A DNA stretch of 64,000 nt from Mayamaea pseudoterrestris. Taxonomy: Eukaryota. Position numbers and translations under genes: made by a program. The stretch covers positions 248,001 through 312,000 of the forward strand of contig BROI01000004.1 of the NCBI GenBank assembly GCA_027923505.1, in the 5' to 3' direction. The stretch's first letter is position 1. The number at the start of each line of letters is the position of its first letter. Positions 26,805 through 37,381 of the stretch are shown here, in pieces. The notes under the pieces were generated by a model that ran no database searches, was not told the origin of the DNA, and saw only the letters and a list, made by a program, of their open reading frames with translations.

Positions 26805-28877
26805 TCAGTGTTGGCCGACCGCACCTTCGTCGACCATTGTCTCGACCTTGGAGCGCTTGGACACACTTTGATCCATGGAAGATGCGCAGGATCCATCATC
26901 GTCCGTTTCGCTCATCGTTTCGCCCGACGATTGCCTTGACGATGCCATGGGCAGCTTTCGCTTGAGAATGCTGGACCGCTTGGGCTGCTCGACCGGAAGG
27001 ATGCTGCTGCTTGGAACATGCTCCGTCGAGACGGACTTGAGTGGCGTCGTAATGATACGTCTAGCTGCTGCGGCTGGACCACCTCTTCCGCGGTTCGAAA
27101 CGGGAAAACCAACAACTCGAGGTTCATGGTGCGGCGACTGATGTTGCAAGGGCGAATGCTGTGCATGATGGTAGTGACGCTGATGCATGGCTGGCATGGA
27201 GAGCGCCATTCTAGCTGCACCTCGGCTGGAGCGGACCGGAAGCGGCGAATACGGAGGGACTGCTCGGTTCGTCGCGTCAATATGATTCATCCAATGCGGA
27301 GGCTCTGGAGTGTAGACGCTCCAAGCATTGTCGTGACGCTGCTGAGGCAACATGGGGTTGCTTGGACGGTAGGCCATACTGTTGGATCGCCAGACTGGCG
27401 GCATCATGGTGCGAGGAGGAGGTGCAACGTTCGCATGATGATGATCGTCCTCCTTCTTTTCTTCGCAGGCGCTGGCGCGGTCAACTCCGCTGGATGTGAG
27501 GGATGGGACTTGAAGAATGGATCTTGTCTCATCCTTGTCGTGGCGCAATTGTTGGTGCTTTTCCGGGGGCGGACAGAAACGCATTTCGCGACAAAGTTGC
27601 GGGAGTTCGCGTCGGAATAGCTAAAGAAAAAGGTGAATAAATGGTGTGAGCGCCAATGCGTTCCATTGTATTGTACGCTTTCATTTCAGTGCTCATCACG
27701 TTCATCATCATGAACGTACCACACTCGTGTAGGCTCCGGCATCTGGCCCATCGGTGACTTCATCGAACCCCCACGCCTGCAAGTGCCACAGAAACGCATC
27801 AATTGACCCAGACGAACCATTCTGTTCGTCACAAAGCGCCGTAAAGTACTTTGGCAAGACGAGCTTTCGCATGGCATCCCATCGCACGACGCGCCAGGCT
27901 TGTCCGTGCGGAAGCCACTGCAACACCGAGTCGCGAAACTCTGACTCCTGCAAAACGGCATGTAGAATGGATGGAAAGTGGGCAAGTTCCACGTGCGAAA
28001 ATGGTAAGCGCGTTCCAATCTCCTTCGTGTCGCGAATCTTGGATGAGTCCAGTAGTGCTTGGCCATTGTGTAGTTCATAGGAAGACGCCGATGGCGTGGC
28101 GTTGGAGTGAATGCTGTCTGATTGGTGGCGAGGAGAATGACTAGTCATCGAATTTGGCGTCGTCGATGTGGATACTGCTCCTTGGTGCGTTCCGTGCGAC
28201 ATGGGGCTCACGTGCGCGTGAGACGAGGTTTCCTCTGGCGATTGGTGCTGCTGCTGCTGCAACTTGGGACGCATAACATCGGCTACCGCACCCTTGCGCT
28301 TCTTGAGAGGCCCAGTGCTAGACGACGGAGCCGTTGGCGCATCGTTATCAGTTGCAGTTTTCGCGTTGTTTGTGAACGAAGAAGTTTCCTCCTCCTCCTG
28401 TTCGCGAATCTTGCTCGCCGCCAGCAACAAGACGGAAGCTGCAACGCCATGCGGGCTGTCAAACGACTTGGATGAGGAACTTGCAGTCGACAATCGCCGG
28501 GTAGGAGTCAAATGTTGCGTCATGGGACGATTTTGGCCATTCATGGATGCCATTTCATGCGATCCATGCGAGTCGACCCGGTGCACCATCATGGTCTTGC
28601 TGTGATTCGTCGTTCCAGGCCACGAGGAGGAAGAGTCAGGCACCAAGTGATGTTGCTGATGGTGGAGCTGAACGGTAGTATGATGAGGAGACATGGGCGA
28701 ATGTTGCAGCAGACCCATTTGTCCTTGTCTCGACGGATGCAGCTGCAAGCCAGAGGCATTTTGTGGCGAAGGAAAGCTCATGGCGGAAACAAACGGACGA
28801 GTCTGCTTTTGTACAGAGGGAGAAATGGTCGCACCCGTAGTCACCAAGCTTTGTTGCTGCGCTGAATGATGAGGCAT
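26805..28877 (-). CDS. HSF-type DNA-binding-domain transcription factor (divergent); intron 27621-27719
   Basis: FPSILHAVL..WLPHGQAWRV..VLPKYF..WGF..GPDAGAY|LFRRELPQLCREM across an in-frame GTACGT...TTTAG intron. The flanks are His/Gln/Ser-rich. Confidence 0.85.
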
Positions 28878-29761
28878 CTTATAAAACCGTCGAGTGAACG
28901 AATGAGCAATGGAACGATGGTAAACCCGACCAACCGACTATTATTTTGCAAAGAGTTGGATGAAGACGAAGCCCATCCAAGTCCTGTCGGAACAGGTATC
29001 CGTTTCACGAGCGAGTCGATCCATTTACATAGGCGTTTCATCCGTTGAGTTGGACTTTTGTTCGGATGTCGGACAGGTACTAACTTCAGGTGCGCGCGCC
29101 AACGGACGATACAAATTTGAAGCTGCGCGCAGTTGGATGCGATGATCGTTGAAGGATTCGATAGTCGTTGAACAAACCTTTGCGGCTTTGCCACATACAT
29201 GTATATCCTACCTGCCTATACTGATCGATCGGAAGGCGGCGATACCATTTAAAGTATGATGAATTCACGCTGACATTGAGTCATCAGCCTGATTGGTTTT
29301 GAGAATAATAATTGATCTTACCTGGGTCCACAGATTACATGAATACTCGGAGACGATTATTACATTCATTGTTTTACTGTATTTCTAGTAGTTCTATTGA
29401 AAAGCTATGATATTGGCACTGACCATAGTTCATACTGTACTTAACTTGTCAACAATGCGGCGTAGTTTTTTACCCGCAGTCATGAAAACGAATGTGCAAC
29501 AGCTGCTTCCGCGAGGCTTAAATCGATAATAGGTTGACCCGCGCCGGCGCGGTGGGAAGATCTTTCTTGATCCTGGCATGCAAGCCTCGAGCAAGAACTC
29601 GCGCACAATCTTTGCCGTCGTTGCCGCAGTCGTCAAGGTCGTCCAGTCGTTATAGAACCGAAGAGCAGCAGATAAGGTACTTGGTGGGAGGGGATTGACC
29701 ACTAGCAGTTTTCATTTCATAGTAGCGACGTAGCTACTCGTAGCTTCTTTCGATAGCAGAT

Positions 29762-32700
29762 ATGAGCAACTTGGTCGAAACCTTTCTCGCGTCCGTCACA
29801 TCCGTCCCTCCAACGAACAACAATGGCGCCGAAAGTGTTAATGTTGATACTGCAGCCGAAAATCCTTCGTCGAGTTGGAAAGAGGATGCGCAAAAGCTTC
29901 TTGATTTACTCGCCGAGTGAGTGGAAAAACAATTGAAGACTGCAGCAGTGTCCAATTGCTTGCATTTGACAAAGCTCGTAATCTAAGGAACACTGACGAA
30001 CTGACCTTTTCCACTGGCAATTTAGGAATGAAATTGCTGTCCCAGAGCAGCTCAAACGAAACATTCTTGCCAGAATCAACGGTGAAGATGTTCCAAAAGA
30101 GGTGCAAGACAAGGAAACCTCGTCGGAAGGACGATTGAGCAACGTTTCGCACAGTGCCTTGTTCAACTCTGTTACTTCCAGCATCAAGTCAATCAATGAG
30201 GAAGAGGACGATCTGGTCCGACACATTCGAAACTCTGTGCGGCGCGTCAATCGCATTCGACCCGAGTTTCAGGTTCGCGTTAAGAATGGCTCCTTCACGG
30301 TCGTCAAGTACGTGAATCCAACCTTGTCTGGCCGCCGCAAAATGTCGAATGTGAACAATGTCGTTTCGGCAAGCCTTTGCTACAAGCTGTACCAAGCCTT
30401 GACTGGCTGCGTCGTTACTTCGGCGAGCGGCCAAGGCAAGATGCGCGTCGAGAAACATATTATGCGCAAGGTGAACCTTTGTTTGGAAACCGGCAAAATG
30501 TACTTGGTACTTGGTGCGCCTGGATCGGGTGTAAGTGAAGTCCTGTGAGATCATGTAACGGTGTGTTGTTCCGTATGTAATTATTAACGGATTTATGACC
30601 TTACTCAGAAAAGCACCTTGCTGAAAATGATTGCCGATACGTTGCACAAGGACAAGCACACTGAAGTTGGCGGACAAGTCTCGATTGCAGGCATTACTCC
30701 TAGCAAGACGACAAACTGGACCAAACTTGTGTCATATATTGACCAGATTGATCGCCTTCATTCGTTCCTGACGGTCCAGGAAACATTCTCCTTTGCATGG
30801 AAGTGCCGATCAGGTGGAACGCATCGTCTCGAACTGGATGGACATGACGCGGAAACCAACGCCATTATTGCCGAAATGGACGAGAATCAATATCTCGTCA
30901 ACGCCGTCATGGATGGCCTTGGTTTGACGCGTGTCAAGGATACGTTTGTAGGCGATCAGATGAGGGTTCGAGGTGTCAGCAGCGGTGAGAAAAAGCGGGT
31001 CACCGTGGGAGAAATGTTTTGTTGTCCCACAGTAGTTCGTTGCTGCGACGAAATTAGGTCAGTTAGCCACAGTGCCAATTCTGTATTGCTCACCAATGAC
31101 TCACAAACATTTTTGATAACTTAGCACGGGACTGGATGGTACGTTGTCGGATGAGGACTCGATGATGTTTGCCCGTAGTACAAACCTCACCAAATCCAAA
31201 TGCATTCCTTCTCAGCTGCGACGACCTTCGACATAACCCGTTTGATCGGTCAAACGAACCGAATGACGGAGAAAATTTGCCTCATCTCCCTGCTGCAGCC
31301 GCCACCTGAAACAGTGGCGCTGTTTGATGAGATTATCCTCATCAGTGATGGCCTCATTATTTATAGCGGACCAGTTGACCAGGTGGAAAACCACTTTAAC
31401 AGCCTTGGTTACTCGATCCCTGAACGCATGGACTTGGCTGATTGGTTGCAGGTAAGTAAATATATTAATCGTCCTTATTTTGAGACTTGCGTATACAGTA
31501 ACTTACTAAGTGTCTTTTTCGTTGCGAAATCTAGTCCGTTCCAACTCAAGACGGGGCGCAATGGCTCCGCCACAGTGGCGACGACGAGGGTGAAACGCCA
31601 AAGCATTTAACACCGGAAGAATTTCAAGAAAGGTTTGAGGAGTCAAAGCTGGGGCAGGAGATTCTGGAGAAGCTGAATGCGCCCAACAATTCGAAGCACG
31701 ATGAAAACCTTGTGTCGATGACCAAGAAAAAGTATGCCAATCCATGGTACAAGTCGCTGGAGCTCCTCGTGAGACGTGAGGCACTGCTTTGGTGGCGCGA
31801 TAAGTATGCGATAAAGGCCAAAATCGTTCAGAGTAAGTCAGTAGAAACGTCGCTGTCTGCACGACGTGTCATTTTGATTTTGCATGCACTCACAGGCAAA
31901 TTTTGTCATGCAGCGATCCTCATGGGGACCATCGTCGGGACCGTCTTTTTCCAACAGAAGGATCCAAGAACTATCTTGAGCGCCTTGTTCCAGTCAATGT
32001 TTTACACGATTATCGGCGCTATGATTCTGGTTCGGAACCAGTTCTTTGATCGGCCAGTTTTTTACAAGCAACAGGATGCCAAGTTCTTCCCTTCGTGGTC
32101 ATATGTTCTTGGTTGTAGCATCGCATCAATCCCGAACGCGCTTTTTGATGCACTGGGATACGGAACTTTTATCTTCTGGTTGGTCGGTCTATCCTATACT
32201 GAAGGAGCCTCCGCGGCGAACTACTTTATCTTCCTCCTGCTTTTATTTGTAACTTCTCTAAGCGCGGGCCTCGTGTTTGGGATATTTTCCACTGCGGTTC
32301 AGAATATTACAACGTCGCAAGCTTGCATGGCCATCTTATCGCTTTTATGTGTTCTCTTTTCGGGTTTCACCGTGCAACCCGATGTGATTCCGAACTATTA
32401 TATCTGGCTATATTGGCTGAACCCTTTTGCCTGGTTGTTGCGGGGCCTTGTTGTCAATCAGTTTGAAAGTGGGCAATTCGACGAGGCGAGTAGCGAGCCG
32501 GGCTTGACTGATGGTGAACTCGTTCTTGTTCGTTTCGGCTTTACGCTAGATGACGAACCGTATACTTTTGAGTGGGTTTGGTGGGGAATTCTTTTTGCTG
32601 TGGCATGCGCGCTTTTGGCAATGATCGTTTCTACTTTTATGCTGAACCATGTGCGATTTGCAACGGGTTTGGCTCTCGATGACGATTCAGGCAACATCGA

Positions 32701-34606
32701 GGAAACGTTACAGGAAGATGGCGAAATGAAAGCCTTAAATTTACCATTCAGCCGAGGCGTTCTGACGTTTAAAAACATGCATTACTCGGTCACTTCCTCG
32801 ATAACCAAGGAAACAATGGAGCTCTTGAAAGGTATCGATGGTGTCCTTGAGGCAGGTAAAATGACTGCTTTGATGGGCAGTAGTGGTGCTGGGAAATCAA
32901 CACTGATGGATGTACTAGCTCTACGGAAAACATCCGGAACTATTGAAGGCGATGTGCGCTTGAACGGACATCCGATTGACCCATCTTCGTTTCGACGATG
33001 CACCGGCTATGTGGAACAATTCGATGTGCAGAGCGCCCAACTGACTATCAAAGAGACTTTAAAGTTTTCGGCCAGGTTGCGGTTGGATGAGCGGACTGTG
33101 TCAAAGGAGGACCGTGACAAGTTTGTCGCCGAAACACTCGCTATCCTCGAGCTGACTGATATTCAGCATCTACAAGTAGGAAGTGATGACTCAGGTGGTT
33201 TGAGTTTCGAGCAGCGGAAACGTCTATCGATTGCTAACGAGCTCGTTGCAAACCCGACCATCATCTTTGCTGACGAGCCGACATCTGGTCTTGATTCGCG
33301 TTCCGCTGCTGTAATCATGCGAGGCTTGAAAAGAATTGCTTCGTCTGGGCGCACAGTTTGCGCCACTATCCACCAGCCTTCGATTGCGATATTCAACGAA
33401 TTCGATTCGCTTCTTCTTTTAAAGCGAGGAGGTGAAGTTGTCTACCATGGTGCCATTGGGAAGGACGCTTGTTGTCTAATTGAATATTTTGAGCGGTACG
33501 AAGGCACTCCCAAAATTTTACCGGGCGAAAATCCAGCAACCTGGATGCTTAAGGTCACAGGCGCTGGAAGCGCTACTGGCACGAAGAAGCTCTACGACTA
33601 TGCAGGCTCCTACTCTGTTTCGAAGCTTCGCGAGCGATGCTTGGCCAGGATTGACGAAATTTCCGCCGGTGCTTCGGAGGAGGAGAGGATCGTCTACGAA
33701 AGAAAATATGCGACGTCAGCTATCACCCAATACCTGACCGTGTTCAAGAAAGGCTGGGTAGTTTATTTTCGGTCACCAAGCTATAATACTGTTCGAATGA
33801 CAGTTTCGGGTGTCATTGCTCTACTCTTTGCCAGTGTATATGCATCGCAGCGAATTCCGACAAATGAGTCTGATCTTATTAGTCGGATCAATTCAATTTT
33901 TATTTCTGTCTTGTTCATGTGTGTCAATGCTCAAAATACAGTCTTGGGAATATTCGAAAATGAAAGGAACATGTTTTACCGTCATAAAAGCGCCAACATG
34001 TATGGCTCGACACCTATTCTGGTCGCCTACACGTTGGCAGAACTACCTTTTATTCTACTGACTGGAGCCGTATTTTCGGTGCTTTTCTATTTTATCATGG
34101 GTTTCGAGCAGGCTGCTGGTCCTTTCTTCTCGTTTTTCATGTTCGTCACGCTGGGAATTGCGACGTTCACTTTCCAAGGCCAAATGTTAGTGTCGCTTTT
34201 AAAGGACAGTAAGACGGCCCAGTCTTTGGGAGGGCTTCTTGTTTCTTGCACGTCCCTTTTCTCGGGCGTCCTCATTCCGCCGCAGGCCATCCCCACGTTT
34301 TGGATTTTCATGTATTGGATTTTACCAGGGCATTGGATTATGGAAGGGCTCTTTACATCCCAATATGGATCGAGTCAGATTCCAATCGAAGCTTCTCTGG
34401 ATTCGCCATTTTATGTCGCACTCGGCTGCAACGAAACAGATAACAGTCCGTGCATGGGAACGGCCGGTGAATGGCTGGCTGTTACCTTTACTAGCTTCTC
34501 CGCCGACAATATCAAGTGGGATGTGACGTATCTGGTTGTCATGATTGTCATATCGCGTGCTGTGTCGTGGGTGGCGCTTACCAATTTGAACTATCGGTCA
34601 ACCTAG
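29762..34606 (+). CDS. Full-size ABCG/PDR transporter (NBD-TMD-NBD-TMD); introns 29917-30073, 30531-30608, 31058-31124, 31139-31215, 31452-31534, 31833-31913
   Basis: NBD1 has GAPGSG|KSTLL, VSSGEKKRVT and DEISTGLD. NBD2 has GSSGAGKSTLMD, LSFEQRKRLSIA, DEPTSGLD and TIHQPS. There are two multi-pass TMDs and every listed intron is GT-AG and frame-restoring. Confidence 0.93.
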
Positions 34607-34640
34607 TAGAGTTGTCAATGTTTGTTGCTCGATGAAAATA

Positions 34641-36953
34641 TTAGTTTGTAGTAAATTGCGCAAATTGAAGCAAGAGTGACCGAAATGCGTCCAGCTCGTC
34701 TGAGCAAACGTCGTGTAAGATCAACGCTCCCTCGCCCTTCCTTGCCGCAACCAGCGCGTCATGAGCGCGCTGCCAACTCTCAGGAGCAGCTTCGTCGGAA
34801 ACCGTCTCGCTTGACGAAGAGCATGTCGCGTAAAGCAAGGAGCGGAGCATTTCAGCTGCGCCGTCGTCGACCAAACGAGAAATGATAGAATGCGAGTTTG
34901 ATTTCTTCATCAATTGACACGAATACACATCAAGCAATCCACCGCCATGCCACGCGTAGATCATTATTGCTGTTGTTTTCGATGTGCAGTCTCTTATGGC
35001 TCGACGCGGGCTGCTCAACATGACACCCGCTGTAAATCCGTGGACAAACTCAACCGGTATATCGCTATCGATTTCGTGCGGATACGATGTGACTTTGAAT
35101 GGCTTCACCGGCTTTACATTGTTGGAAGTGAGCGGAGACAGATAAGTCGTCGTTCCACTTAAGCAACAAACGGCATATGGATTTGAAGCACTTGCATCCT
35201 CGTCGGTGTCGTCAAGCATGACGCTTCCAAGACCAACTGCTGGATAGGACAGGAGCATTTGGTCTTGGTTGCGCGTCACTCCCCACGACACGGATGTGAT
35301 TTCGTTCTTTTTAGTTGATCCAGCACTAATAATGGCAACAGTCCCGTCTGAAAGCGCCACAAGGCAGCGAGCTCTCATGGTTTGATTTCGATTCCTCATA
35401 GTTTCAATCTGTAGTTCATCATCCAATTCATGGATGCAGTTTGTGGCCATAGTAGGAATCCAATGGGGACGCATGCGACTTGTTCTCGCTGGTGTCGGTC
35501 CATCCATCGTACTCGTTCGAACGTCAACAAGTTCCATTCCAGGTTCCGCCAAGATCAGGTGCGGTTCCAATGGTTCAACATGAGGTGGTACGACTTCCTT
35601 CCTGTGTGGCCTTGCACCAGCTGTAGTTTTGGTTGAACTGGCCTTCTCCATGCTGCTATTGGTCCACGCAGCAACCACCGAATCCAAGCACAATACCTCA
35701 ATCATTGCTGGCGTGGGAAGCTGCTCATCCAAATATCCCGATTCGAGGACAAGTAGTACATAGGTTTGCCTTGGCGTATCGGGTTTTATCGATGCGTCCT
35801 GCGATGTACTGTCGGACGACATTGACGGCTCAAGCGGTACAACTCGTTGAGTCGATGATAGCACTGCCATGGATCGAACTTGGTAGTCGCAAGCAGATTC
35901 TATACAACCTCGAAACATTAGCTTGGCTGAGGAGGGCGACCGCAGCGGCTCACCAACGCCAGTCTTGACAGTCGGGGTGGCAATCTGCAGACTCCACGCC
36001 TCAACGTGACTCGTCTGGTAGCCAATCATGATGCAAACATCTTGTAAAGGACGACTATTATCGTCAGCAGTAGCATTGATATTATTTGCAGTCATCATGG
36101 TGCAGCAAGTGGCCGATGTTTGCCGCGTTGAAAACCCTGCAACCAGTTGCACTACTGAGTCATTATTATCAGCTTGGCTAAGAAGAATCACAGCAACCAC
36201 TCCAGTATCTGTGATAGCAAGCAGATAGTAATTCGATTCATTGACCTGCGCCGTTGCAAGGGAGACAATGGGAGCGGCGATTGCTGATTCTGATTTATGA
36301 GTGCGTTGCTGGTGGCTTCTCTTGTCGCGCAATGCATCCGCCAACAAACTACAGCAATCGATCATATGATCCGGTAAAATATCACTATAGGCAGAATCTA
36401 TTGTAGATTCTGAAGAATCCAACTCTTGTGGTTCACGCAAGTGTTGTTCAGACTGCGCTAGCTGTCGCTGCTCCACCTTGTCGAATATCGAGTCCGCCTT
36501 CCACACGCATACTTGACCTTGCTCCGTTCCAACGACGACCCATCGCTTGGCGACTATGAGAGGCGCCGTTGACCAATTGATGACTGCATGATTTTCAAAA
36601 GCTTCCATTGACGAGAATGTTGTTTCGTTGTCCAACCTTTGATTCGTTGCAGTCAAAGTCGCAATAAATTCCGGAGTGATTGCTCGACAATCACGCGTCT
36701 TCCATGCTGGCGAATCACGCGAGAGCGAAGCAATCGGAGGCGGTAGATCAACGGCGAAACTCTCTGGTGACGCAGATCGTCGACGACTGTTGTTGCTTAG
36801 TCGATTATTTCGCATTCGACGAGGATTAGCAGGTGAAACTTCTCCATCATTGTCAATGTCTCGCTGCTGCCTTGTTGATTCGCTTGCCTCGTTCTCAGCA
36901 GGCGCTGACGATTCCGCAGAATCAGGTCCTTCACACATTATGTCTTGGTGCAA
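34641..36953 (-). CDS. Hypothetical protein, possibly beta-propeller-like
   Basis: 770-aa ORF with WD-like strands (VVVGTEQGQVCVWK, IGYQTSHVEAW, LVALSDGTVAII). The start codon is uncertain. Confidence 0.65.
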   Translation of the reverse strand: MHQDIMCEGPDSAESSAPAENEASESTRQQRDIDNDGEVSPANPRRMRNNRLSNNSRRRSASPESFAVDLPPPIASLSRDSPAWKTRDCRAITPEFIATLTATNQRLDNETTFSSMEAFENHAVINWSTAPLIVAKRWVVVGTEQGQVCVWKADSIFDKVEQRQLAQSEQHLREPQELDSSESTIDSAYSDILPDHMIDCCSLLADALRDKRSHQQRTHKSESAIAAPIVSLATAQVNESNYYLLAITDTGVVAVILLSQADNNDSVVQLVAGFSTRQTSATCCTMMTANNINATADDNSRPLQDVCIMIGYQTSHVEAWSLQIATPTVKTGVGEPLRSPSSAKLMFRGCIESACDYQVRSMAVLSSTQRVVPLEPSMSSDSTSQDASIKPDTPRQTYVLLVLESGYLDEQLPTPAMIEVLCLDSVVAAWTNSSMEKASSTKTTAGARPHRKEVVPPHVEPLEPHLILAEPGMELVDVRTSTMDGPTPARTSRMRPHWIPTMATNCIHELDDELQIETMRNRNQTMRARCLVALSDGTVAIISAGSTKKNEITSVSWGVTRNQDQMLLSYPAVGLGSVMLDDTDEDASASNPYAVCCLSGTTTYLSPLTSNNVKPVKPFKVTSYPHEIDSDIPVEFVHGFTAGVMLSSPRRAIRDCTSKTTAIMIYAWHGGGLLDVYSCQLMKKSNSHSIISRLVDDGAAEMLRSLLYATCSSSSETVSDEAAPESWQRAHDALVAARKGEGALILHDVCSDELDAFRSLLLQFAQFTTN

Positions 36954-37381
36954 AAATATGAAAATTAAACTGTGAAGATCTGGATGAAGTGCAGAGAGTG
37001 CGGATCTCTTGTCATGGTGAAGCGCCTCACTCGCAAAAGGATCTCATATCGCAGCGTTTCTCATTAGTACCGCTGCGATCTTTGCTAAGTTGAACCACGT
37101 CGCGCGCGATGATCCGCGGTGATGGAGGAAGAACAAAGGCTCGCCCCTTTTGCATGTGACTCATCGAAGCAACCTGCTGCGCAAGACCAAACTCCTTCCT
37201 CTTCTTGACTCAGGTCTTTGCTGGAGCATCTCTTTTGAAGACTCTGATAAATCTTGCCGCTTTGAAACGAGCAAAACTTGTACGACTGCTCCATATAGTG
37301 CCTTTTGACTCTCTGATTCAGCAACCCTACACCGGAAGCAAAACTACACAATTAAATAGAACAAACAATCCCAGAAACACC

